This document shows positions 1 through 11,390 of a DNA stretch of 64,000 bases, piece by piece. Position numbers and translations under genes: made by a program. The first letter of the stretch is position 1. Each line of letters begins with the position of its first letter. Source of the DNA: Eledone cirrhosa (Eukaryota); contig OZ024762.1 in assembly GCA_964016885.1 (NCBI GenBank), positions 12,338,001 through 12,402,000 of the forward strand, given 5' to 3'. The notes beneath the pieces are model-generated. The model did no database searches, was not told the DNA's origin, and worked only from the letters and a program-made list of their open reading frames with translations.

Positions 1-1439
1 AAATAGGTTAGTTGTGTATATATAAAGGTTTAGTTTTGTATCTAGTGAAGAACGTTTATATATGGATGATGTAGCTATCAAGCAGGTGAGGATGCTAGAA
101 GTAGTAATAAGGAGTCTTACGGCAGAGTAATAGAGCTACCATGCTTCGTTAGATATAAAATATAACTGTATGGTTTAGCTTCTATATTCATATGTCTAGA
201 GAAGGTTTAGTTTCATGTCTATTATTCCAGTATGAACAAGTTTGTATATTGCGCCTCATAAGTATCTGTTATGATAGAAGGGAGACCGTTTATATATGAA
301 TATAGCTTCATGTGTACGTATGTCCCCAGGATTCTTCCTCTACATGGTTTAGAATAAATTTACGGCTAATACATAAATATGCCTGAAGTGTTTGTGTATT
401 TACGTGAAAAAGTGTCTTCTTGTATATAGAATATCTGTGTGTGTATTCAGGTATATACAGAAGATAAAATGTGTATAGAGAGGAAGCTTGGTTATATTTC
501 CTTACAAGTATGTATATAGTATCGAGAGACGATTTAGTTGTAACATGTTAGAAGAGGTGTGTATATATATACAGATCATGGTTAGTTTTGTTTCATAATA
601 GAGGAGGGTAACATGTATGTTTAGTTAGAAGAGGTAGCTGCGTGTATATATTTAGTTTTGTTTCTTTAAAAGACATGGCAACTTACTTTTGTGTCTCAAC
701 AATGTGTGTGTATATACGGCAAATAAAACTTTACATACCTCTTTACACGAACGTAAAATCCAAGTAAATAGAATGTTACCACTTCAATACACTGAAAAGA
801 AATGACAACAAAGTAAGAAGAGTTCCACAAACCGGAAGTAGTTCAATGTAAACAAAGGGCAAATAATTCAAATTAGGGGGAGATAACTCTCGTCAAATTG
901 TTTGGCAAAAACTCATGCGAGGGGGAGAGCAGGCCAGCCTGCTGTGGTCCCGGCCGACTCCCGCAACGATTCGAACTTCAGACACGATCGAGTGGTCATG
1001 CCATACCGAAGTACGACAGCGAAGCCAGAAACGCTACGTGCAGCGCCACGCACAAGCCGCAATTCTACAGAGTCAAATAGTCATACTTATAGCTAAACAT
1101 TTTCCTTCTTTTTTAAAAAAGAAAAGAAACGGAAAGAAAGCAAGATAACACGACATATTCCGAGTGTTATCTCGTTTTCTTTCCGTTTCTCTTTCTATAT
1201 AAATATAACGGGATATATAGCCATTAAGGAACTGCTAGTGTTTTGTACATATATAACGGGATATACACGAATAGAAGCCAGGGAATATGTAGTAAGGGGT
1301 TGACTTATATAGGGAGTCAATAGTTTGACCATTTTCGCCAACTTCAAATTCTACATAAATAAGGTTCGCATTTTTGCCCACTTCTCAGACATAAGATAGG
1401 GAGGAGGGTCACCTTATATTCGAGTATTTTGTACATCTA

Positions 1440-1590
1440 TTCTTGTTAGACTAGACCGGCATCATCATTGGTAGAGCACACCAGGTGCTACTGCGTTGAA
1501 CGAGACTAAGGCTGTGATGGTCCTCAGGGCACTGCTGTCAATTGTCTTTGTGAGAGGCCACGTTTCTGCTCCATAGAGGAGAAGACATGC
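1440..1590 (-). mobile_element. RTE-clade LINE fragment
   Basis: Minus strand translates LLLYGAETWPLTKTIDS (post-RT YGxETW motif). Confidence 0.65.
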
Positions 1591-2346
1591 ATCTTTTCAG
1601 AACAATTAATATGTAGGTAACATAGCCTTAGAGAGATCTGTATTTGTAATAGTTAATATCGATTTGGGTAATCTTAAGACCATGATTCCAATCATCAATA
1701 TATGTATTGATTAAACCTAAATATAGTATATAAAGAAGTGGATTTTAAAATATGCAATGATAGTGTCGAGAGAAGGCTTAGTTAGTTACTTCTAACAATG
1801 TACCACTATGAATAAGACAGAAGGCGGTGTATGTAGATAGAATGTTTAGTTTTCCTGAGTATGAAGGGGTTTTAGTTATTATTCTTAGTAAAAAGATGGT
1901 TATATTATAAATATACGTCTCTAACATTCCTCCTGTATATGAAGGGTAGTGAAATATATTCTTGTGTCTCAGGAATAACTACGTGTTTATCGATGAATTT
2001 AAGGGACAACTAAAACATTACATACCTCTTTAGAAGAATGAAGGTGTATATATAAATGTAGCTTTATATGTGTATATTGATCTAGATAGGAAACGTTTCT
2101 TCCAGTGTATGGATTATAGAGGTGAATGCAATCACTAAAGAATGTTAATATATATCTAAGACTGTATTTTCGAGTGTTTGGCAATGAATTAAAATATACA
2201 TGGCAAATAAAGCGTTCGTATAGGTAAATTAGAGGGTATTTTACCTCAGCTAAAGAACATTTATATATATATAAATCTAGTTTTGTGTGTGTATTTAGGT
2301 TTAAATAAAACAATATGTACGTCTCTAGAATCTTTCTGTGTATAGA

Positions 2347-2427
2347 ATAATTGTTTCTACTTTTGGCAGCAATTATCCAGTGCATTACTGGTACTTTATT
2401 TTATCGACCCCATAAGGATGAAAGGCA
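2347..2427 (-). mobile_element. SINE family A, 3' half
   Basis: Reverse complement of gcctttcatccttatggggtcgataaaataaagtaccagtaatgcactgg, shared with the copies at 17.7, 55.2 and 61.3 kb. Confidence 0.8.
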
Positions 2428-4489
2428 TATAGAATAATGTATGTCTGTGAGTGTATATACAGCAAATAAAACATTACATACCTCTCACCATTAGTATAAT
2501 ATCCAGACTGATTCTATCAAATTACACGAGTAAATCCAAACGATGTTAACAGTTTAATTCAATAAAGAAGAATGACAACAAACGAGAATAGTTCCAATCA
2601 GGGGCAAGTAATTCAAACGATAACTCTCGGCGAATTTTTTAGTAAAAAATCAATGCGAGGCGGGTACGCAGGCCAGCATAAAGCCGGGCTGCTGCCGCCG
2701 CAACGATTCGATCTTCAGACACATAGAATGGTCATGCCATACCGAAGTACGACAGCGAAGCCCGAAACGTTACGTGCAGCGCCATGCACAGAGCGCAACT
2801 CTACCGAGTAAATTAGTCATACTTATAGTTAGAATTTTATTTATTTAAAAAATATATATAGAGAAACGGAATGAAGACGAGATAACTGAGGGCGTGGAGA
2901 AATATCTCTTTCTGAATATATTTCGTATGGTGAGAGTTGAGATCTCTACCGAATAATTATCAATATTATACTTCGTCTCCGAAATATTTTCAGAAAGAAA
3001 TTACTTTTTCACGACCGTGTTACCTTACTTTCATCCCGTTTCTATATGTAACAAGCTTAAACTACTAGTATTTAATACATATATATATATACAGAACAAT
3101 AAGTATATTTACTTCAAGATAGTAATGTTTATGTTAATACAGAAAATAAAAAATGCAAACCATCGATCTTAGTAATTAGTATCAATCACTAATTATCTAT
3201 TTTGGTAATAAGCATCTTAAGACCATGATTTCCTTCATCGATATGTGATTAGACCAAAATTTAGTATAATATATAAAGACTGTTCTCAGCTTATGACCAG
3301 TTTGCTTGGTGTTAAGTGTCTGAGAGTACACGACTCTCCCTGGATAGTACGCTGGTCTACCACAGGACTAACTCCTCGGCTGTGAGTACTGGAGCAATGT
3401 GATGAATGCAGAACTTCCAAACTGAGAGTTACATGTATGCATGGACCTGCAACTGCTAAGGGAGTCATACAGGCCACACATAGACATACAGTATTTCTAG
3501 GGCACTTTTTAAAACCTGGCAGACCCATCTCCTCTCCAGGTCTGAATACAGCAGATTTCTTCCAGAGAAACAGAAGAATCAACCTCAATACTAGACTGGT
3601 ACTTTGTTTTATCAACCTCAAATGGATGAAAGGCAAAGTTGACCTCAGCAGGATTTTAATTCAGAGAACTGAAGGCATTTTCTGTTACATTCATATATAT
3701 ACATACATACTTTGTCTAATAAACAAAACATCTTCTCTCTCTACACAGATAACATATAAAGCTACATTTATATATACCTCTTCTAAGAAATTAAACCTAC
3801 TCTAGACTTACACATAGATACAGTTATATATAAATACTTACCTTGTCAAATAAACACAACTAAATCTCTCTAGTCAGACACACAAAGCTACATTTATATA
3901 AACATTCTTCTCTACAAAAGAGGATCAGCTGAAAAGCTCATAGGCTGGCTTTGAAGAAGTGATGCTAGAACTGCGAGATATTGTGGTTAGGTTCATTATC
4001 ATAGGACTTGGTGGAGCAATCAAAATTCACTGCCAACTCATGTACAACTTTATGATGTTCTTGATTCATCGGTGAAAAAGAATGACTCTGATAGTTCTGT
4101 TTCATGTGAGGAAGACAAAAGGAAACCTTCAGAGTGTGCATTGAGCAATATGGGATATTTCTAAAATGTAACTAATGCCAACTTGAATCATCCTTGGACA
4201 TCATCATACATAGTATATATATATAGTGTGTTTAGTACAGTGTAGTTGTAGCTAACTAGGTATTTGGTTTTATGAAATGAAAGGGACAAAAAAACAAACT
4301 ATATATATACACTGATACTTCAGTGTGTTATAAGTAATCCAATACCACTGTTGGATACATAAGAGTGCTTAATCCTGCTTACACCAAAGTTTATGGATTA
4401 AGGTGGTGCAAACACAACACTTAAATAAAGGAAACAATATATGACCATAGTACAGAAAATTCTTATAATATATATATATATATATACAT

Positions 4490-4910
4490 CTCGGGCTGGA
4501 TTCTGTTGAGGGTCTTTGCCACACGTGACATCAATGAGATTCCCCTGTAGTTGTTCATGTTAGAAAGATCTCCCTTCTTTGGTACTGAGATGATGTTAGT
4601 GATCAAGGGCAACTTTCTCCAGTGCCTGGTTACAGAACTCCAGGATGATATCATCAAAATCACACCTCTTCATCACTTTTGATGCCTCTCCATGGGTCTT
4701 GATCTTCTTCGTTCTCTGAAGCCCCTCTCTGGCGAAGGTCCTGTCTCAATATCCAGATCCTCAAACAGCTGTCTGATCTCCCTGGTATTCTGGGCTGTCG
4801 GAGGTGGCTCTCCTAGTAGGGTCTTAAAATGGTCCAGCCTCTTCTTATCCCCAGATCTAACTCAAACTCCCTCTCTTCCTTCCTGTAATCTCGTTGATCA
4901 TCATCCAGCT
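4490..4910 (-). mobile_element. LINE reverse transcriptase fragment (RTE-like)
   Basis: IISVPKKGDLSNMNNYRGISLMSRVAKTLNRI matches non-LTR RT domains 1-2. Confidence 0.85.
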
Positions 4911-5334
4911 CTCTTTACACTTACATATATATATATACCCTGACCTACAAGGTTACATCTCAAAGGAGGTTTACACCAGTTCTTTTATCCCGAAACTTTT
5001 TCAGGAACTGTGGACAAAGAGTTTCTTATGGTTGTAGGTTTTTTGAAAGGGGAAAAATAGCAGAAGGCAACACAGAAGGTGATTGTCGTGTGAAGGAGGA
5101 AGATTGGTAGAGCAATGGACTCCACAGACACTGGTAAGGGTAACTTAGAACAGGATGGAAAGGTATCCATGGTGAGTGAAAAACCTAACCATTGTTTCAG
5201 CTACAGCAGCAGAGGAATTAAGTTATGGTGGTTGTGAAGAAAACAGAGTTGGATGTCTTCAATGTAGTGACTATATAGACCAGAGGCTTTCAACATAACT
5301 GATGAGTGTTTCAGTGGAGACCAGCAACCTCTGA

Positions 5335-5772
5335 GGAGCAGGGACTACAGTAGTAGAGATAGAATAGGCAGAGGGAACGGCATATTTAGGGGCTGGGGAG
5401 AAGCAGAGACCACTGTAGTAGAGGTAGAGAGGGAACAGCATATTTAGGGTTGGGGAGGAGCAGAGACCATTGTAGTAGAGGTAGAGAGGGAACATCATAT
5501 TTATGGGCTGGGGAGGAGCAGAGACCATTGTAGTAGAGGTAGAGAGGGAACAGCATATTTAGGGTTGGGGAGGAGCAGAGACCATTGTAGTAGAGGTAGA
5601 GAGGGAACATCATATTTATGGGCTGGGGAGGAGCAGAGACCATTGTAGTAGAGGTAGAGAGGGAACATCATATTTATGGGCTGGGGAGGAGCAGAGACCA
5701 TTGTAGTAGAGGTAGAGAGGGAACATCATATTTATGGGCTGGGGAGGAGCAGAGACCATTGTAGTAGAGGTA
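5335..5772. repeat. ~58-bp minisatellite, ~7 copies
   Basis: Unit gagcagagaccattgtagtagaggtagagagggaacatcatatttatgggctggggag. Confidence 0.9.
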
Positions 5773-6319
5773 TAATGTGCAGAAGGAGGAGAGACAATAA
5801 TTGTGGACCAGAGCCTGTTGAATTGTTGATAAAGCTGGAGTGTCATCCCTTAATGTAGCAACCTTGTCAACATGAATGTCCTTGGGGGATAAACCCCTTT
5901 TCTACAGGTACTTGATAATACCACGATGCCAAATGTCCATTTTCAAGAGGTCATTACTAATTACATTTGAAGTCCTCTTTCAATAGTCAGATGTCAGTTT
6001 ACTTGGAAAGAAACAATGCAGTTATTAATAAGAAGAGTTGAAATTAATTCATGCAAGATTTCCCAGCACTAGCATCAGTCCTTCATAGTCAGCCGACCTT
6101 CGTACTTCTGCTGGGTGAAGCCCGACGGGGGCTGACGTCTTAAACAAGCCCCAACAAATAAGAAAGATTTAGAAGAGAATATACTAATTACTAGATATTC
6201 ACACAAAAGTGACATTAGAATTATTGCTGGAAATAGCAGCCAAATATTTATCGCTCGCCACGTTTTAAAATAATGAAGGACACATTAGAAGATGTAGATT
6301 TAGATAGTCATATATACAC

Positions 6320-6845
6320 ATATTGGTCAACGCTGGAATCAACCCTGAGCACCTTTTTGATCTCCATGTGTCTAACACACGTGGACATGCCTACAAGATC
6401 AGAAAACAGCACAGCTCCCATGACTTTCGTAGACATTTTTTCACGCTCAGAGTTGCTGAAGCATGGAACAGGCTGCCTGCGTCGGTTGTTGGCTGCCGAG
6501 ACACTGCATCCTTTAAGACACTCATGCTTCCCGAAATACGCCAAAACTACACCTGATGTACCCCTTCCATACACATGCACACATGTGTGTATCATGACTC
6601 GTGCACTGTTCATTTTGCTGATGTTTGAGCATTGCCCTATGTACTGTGCATGTGACTTTTTTTATGAGTTGTGGTGCACCTGGGCACTGTACACAATATT
6701 TCATTATTGTTATTATTATTATATCATGACTCATACACTGTTCATTTTCCTGACATTTGTACATTATTCTATGTACTATACATGCACCTTTGATGAGTTG
6801 TAGTGCACCTGAGCACTGTACACAATAATTTCATTATTATATTAT
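6320..6845 (+). mobile_element. CR1/L2-type LINE 3' end with (TTA)n tail and duplicated 3'UTR
   Basis: TRGHAYKIRK...RRHFFTLRVAEAWNRLP..V......FK is the CR1 C-terminus; the ~130-bp UTR is repeated (6590-6722, 6723-6845). Confidence 0.85.
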
Positions 6846-7499
6846 ATATATTTACATATACATAATCAAAAGTAAAAACATTGTTAATATCTTCCTACAC
6901 AGATAAAATATAAAAGGTTGTATTTACATGTGTCACAGCTAATTCACCTCCGTAATTCTTAGGAAACCTGGCTTCTATTTCTAACAAGTGGAGCGTAGAC
7001 GTAGAGACGTGTTGCTGTTGTTTACTTTTATTCACAGGTCTTGAACGAGCAAGACAAGATGACCCGACATGTGTGTAATCGATGGTATACCTGCCGTGAC
7101 CATCCTGTGTTTATATGATTATCAAGGTACCCACATCTACATCGTTGAATGCACCTTTCATTGTGTTAAAAGGGGTTGTTAGAAGACAGAACATCTGAGG
7201 GTGAGAGGCCGGAGATCGTCAGTGAGTGGCTTTAAATTAATTAGCCATGATTCTATGAAATAAAGAAGCGAAATCACTTTGAAGAAAAATAGTAATTATT
7301 ATGAGGCCGGTGTAGCGATTACATATTGCCCTTTGTTTATATTAACCCCTCCCGACATCATGGTAATTAGATATTCATTAAAAGTATTTTGTGGATTTTT
7401 AATAGGTGAACACATCATTATATATATATATATACATTGATATATAAATATATATACATTTATATATATATATACATGTATATATATATATACACATAT

Positions 7500-7730
7500 A
7501 CTCTTTTACCTGTTCAGCCATCCGGCTGAGGCCATGCTGGGACACCGCCCTTGTTGCTACACATTTTATCTCCAGCCTGTATAGGTTGGCCACTGGTGTA
7601 AGAGGGAGTTTGTTGCTGCTGCCCTTAGGTTTCCCTCGTGTCTTGCTGTGGGCTCATCCGTGATCCTGGATAACAAGGTGTCGAGATGTTTCTTGAAGAC
7701 ATCCACCTCCACGTCATGCAAATCTCTCAT
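7500..7730 (-). mobile_element. CR1/L2-type LINE 3' end
   Basis: RDLHDVEVDVFKKHLDTLLSRITDEP...RAAATNSLLHQ. Confidence 0.75.
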
Positions 7731-7794
7731 GTAAATATATATACATGTATATATATATATACATGTATATATAACTGTATATATATATATATAT

Positions 7795-8602
7795 AGCATC
7801 ACTCCTTCATAGGCTGACCAAGATACTCTCATGGAATGACCAAATGAGGTTTATTTTTCAACATGAAAGATTGCACAGCTCTAGCATCACTCCTTCATAG
7901 GCTGACCAAGATACTCTCATGGAATGACCAAATGAGGTATATTTTTCAACATGCAAGATTGCACAGCTCTACCATCACTCCTTCATAGGCTGACCAAGAT
8001 ACTCTCATGGAATGACCAAATGAGGTTTATTTTTCAACATGCAAGATTGCACAGCTGTAGCATCACTCCTTCATAGGCTGACCAAGATACTCTCATGGAA
8101 TGACCAAACGAGGTTTATTTTTCAACATGCAAGATTGCACAGCTCTACCATCACTCCTTCATAGGCTGACCAAGATACTCTCATGGAATGACCAAACGAG
8201 GTTTATTTTTCAACATGCAAGATTTCACAGCTCTAGCATCACTCCTTCATAGGCTGACCAAGATACTCTCATGGAATGACCAAATGAGGTATATTTTTCA
8301 ACATGCAAAATTCCACAGCTCTAGCATCACTCCTTCATAGGCTGACCAAGATACTCTCATGGAATGACCAAATGAGGTTTATTTTTCAACATGCAAGATT
8401 GCACAGCTCTAGCATCACTCCTTCATAGGCTGACCAAGATACTCTCATGGAATGATCAAATGAGGTTTATTTTTCCACATGCAAGATTGCACAGCTCTAG
8501 CATCACTCCTTCATAGGCTGACCAAGATACTCTCATGGAATGATCAAATGAGGTTTATTTTTCAACATGCAAGATTGTACAGCCCTAGCATCACTCTTTC
8601 AT
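7795..8602. repeat. 88-bp tandem array (~9 copies) derived from a mariner-like MITE
   Basis: Period 88 (7795, 7883, 7971...). The unit matches the ends of dispersed copies at 18760-18905 and 20320-20500. Confidence 0.9.
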
Positions 8603-8674
8603 AGTGAGCCTATGAACTTTTAAGCCTACCTTATATGCAAACAATGTAAGTATATACAAATAATTACTAAGAAA

Positions 8675-9112
8675 TTCGAAATAATTTTTGCACCCATTTT
8701 TGCGATTAAGTAAAGACGGAGTTATCGTTCTTGAGATTTCCTCCTGGTGAAATTTAAGGAACTGATGTCGCTAAATCGCCAAATCATTTACCTGCCCCGT
8801 TGCATCATGGGAGGGTAATGGCTGCCTTTTATTTTTCGAAAACCATGGCAGTCTTTTTAATATCTTTCTCGCCAAAATGTTTTAATTATTTACTTATATG
8901 AAACAAGAAACAAGATGCTGCGAAAGAAACTAAAGAATCTGCCATCGTTTAAAAAATAAAAGGCAGCCATTACCCTCCCATGAGGCAACGGGGCAGGTAA
9001 ATGATTTGGCGATTTAGCGACATCAGTTCCTTAAATTCTCTGAGACGAAATCTCAAGAACGATAACTCTGTCTTTACTTAATCGCAAAAATGGGTGCAAA
9101 AATTATTTCGAA
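8675..9112. mobile_element. Foldback/MITE-like element with ~175-bp inverted arms
   Basis: 8675-8851 is the near reverse complement of 8939-9112. Confidence 0.85.
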
Positions 9113-9189
9113 ACAACACTTGCTATGGACGAAAACGACAATATTAAAAGTATTTTGTGGATTTTTAATAGGTGAACACATCATTATAC

Positions 9190-9351
9190 ACATATTTATA
9201 TATATACATGTATATATATATATATACACATATATTTATAAATATATACATGTATATATATACATATATATATATATACATGTATATATATATATACATG
9301 TATATATATATATACATGTATATATAACTATATATATATATATAGTTATAT

Positions 9352-9390
<39 letters not shown>

Positions 9391-9849
9391 TATAACTATA
9401 TATACTTCGCTTTTACTTATTCTATATACATATATATATATATACATGAATATATATATATATACATACATGTATGTATACATCTATATATAGTTATATA
9501 TACATGTATATATATATATATACATATATATAACTATATATACTTCGCTTTTACTTATTCTATATACATATATATACATGAATATATATATATATACATA
9601 CATGTATATATACATCTATATATATACATGTACATACACATCTATATATATACATGTATATACACATCTATATATATACATGTATATACATACATGTATA
9701 TATATATATACATACATGTATATATATATATATACATACATGTATATATATATATATACATGTATATATATATATATACATGTATATATATATACATACA
9801 TGTATGTATATATATACATGTATGTATATATATACATGTATATATATAT

Positions 9850-9897
<48 letters not shown>

Positions 9898-10085
9898 GTA
9901 TATATATATACATGTATATATATATATATACACATATATATATATACATGTATATATATATATATATATACATGTATATATAACTATATATATAGTTATA
10001 TATACATGTATATATATATACATGTATATATATATATACATGTATATATATACATACATGTATATATATATATATCTATATATAT
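9190..10085. repeat. (TA)n/TACATG compound microsatellite
   Basis: Direct inspection. Confidence 0.95.
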
Positions 10086-10634
10086 AAAGAAAAAGAGATG
10101 AAATCGAAAATGCAACTGGAGTCTTATTTAAAAAAAAAATATATATATTTATTTGGTTCCTTTACCGGTTTCGCAGTTCTGCTTTTCAATTCAAAAGTAG
10201 AGTTGAGATGGAGGGTCTGTGGTATTTCTCAGATGTGGAGTTAGCGACCCTCACAATTTAGAATTACCGTTTCAATGCAGTAACGCTTTCTCCATGAACC
10301 AGCCTGGTGGAGAGTGTTCTCTCACATTGTACAGGCTTGTAGTGAAGTATATACCACTGGTGTAGTGATGGTATAGTGTGGTGATATATACGAAAAATTT
10401 AATCTAACACACTAATGACTCCACCAAATATCTGAGATTCTTTCCTCTTCCTGTTCAACCATTGGCAAAGGTTAGTAGCACAAATGTTGACTCTAGTATG
10501 GGATGAAGGTCAGAGACTGCTGGAGAGAGCTCATCCATGGATCTTGGGAATTATACTTGTCCTAATATACAATTTAAATGAAAAATTAAATAACGAGAGA
10601 AAAAAAACAATCACGGTTGATAGAAAAAGTACAT

Positions 10635-10640
10635 TTTATT
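10635..10640 (-). promoter_or_regulatory. Candidate AATAAA polyadenylation signal of GST-mu
   Basis: tttatt on the + strand, about 560 nt past the stop codon; no transcript evidence. Confidence 0.4.
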
Positions 10641-10751
10641 TGTTTCCCAAAGAAGAAAAATACATTATTTTAGATGGCAGGATTATTGATCATGAAGTTA
10701 TTTAAAGGTGGCTTAAATAATTGATTAGTTTTCTCGATTGGAAGACAGTTA

Positions 10752-10996
10752 AAGTATTGACTTAACAGATATAGCACCTCTCTTGTGATCCCTTCACGGG
10801 ATAGGGTGTTACTAAAAATATAAGAAATTGTGGGGTTAGTGTTTCAGCTAAGTATTGATTTAACAGATATAGCACCTCTCTTGTGATCCCTTCACGGGAT
10901 AGGGTGTTACTAAAAATATAAGAAATTGTGGGGTTAGTGTTTCAGCTAAGTATTGATTTAACAGATATAGCACCTCTCTTGTGATCCCTTCACGGG
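10752..10996. repeat. 98-bp tandem repeat (~2.5 copies) in the putative GST 3'UTR
   Basis: aagtattga.ttaacagatatagcacctctcttgtgatcccttcacggga at 10752, 10850 and 10948. Confidence 0.9.
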
Positions 10997-11195
10997 AGAA
11001 AGGGGTTACAGGAACTTATGGGCTTCATGTGGACATGTTTCAGCTAAAGATTTGATCCATCCTATGTCAATATTTGATGTGTCCCACCAAAAGTATTAAA
11101 AAAAAAAAAAACCACGAGCATGTCCACCAAAAATTGAAAAGTCAGGCATGATGAGAAAATTAGAAATCCGGGAATGTCGTCAAATGAGGAAGAAT

Positions 11196-11390
11196 TTACT
11201 TGAAGTGTGCCACTTTGTTGTTGATTGGGAGTTTCACGTACCCGGGGGAGGTCATGTAGGCTTTGATCTTGGCCAGTTCTTCAAATCTCTTCATGAAAGC
11301 AATTATCTTTGGATAATTCTCAAGAAGTTTGCCGTCGAATGCTTTATGTTGGTCAAACAGTTCGTACATTGTGAAATCTGCGACAGTCAC
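11196..11390 (-). CDS. GSTM: GST-mu terminal exon ([16 protein letters not shown]...INNKVAHFK*)
   Basis: ttccag acceptor, TAA stop; N-capping box TxxD. Confidence 0.95.
   Translation of the reverse strand: MTVADFTMYELFDQHKAFDGKLLENYPKIIAFMKRFEELAKIKAYMTSPGYVKLPINNKVAHFK

Larger units (their letters stand above)
700..3280. repeat. Old ~1.7-kb duplication containing a GC-richer ~300-bp block (800-1150 / 2570-2890)
   Basis: caacgattcga..cttcagacac...ggtcatgccataccgaagtacgacagcgaagcc.gaaacg.tacgtgcagcgcca occurs twice, and both flanks (gcaaataaaac.ttacatacctct; cttaagaccatgatt) are also duplicated. Confidence 0.75.
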
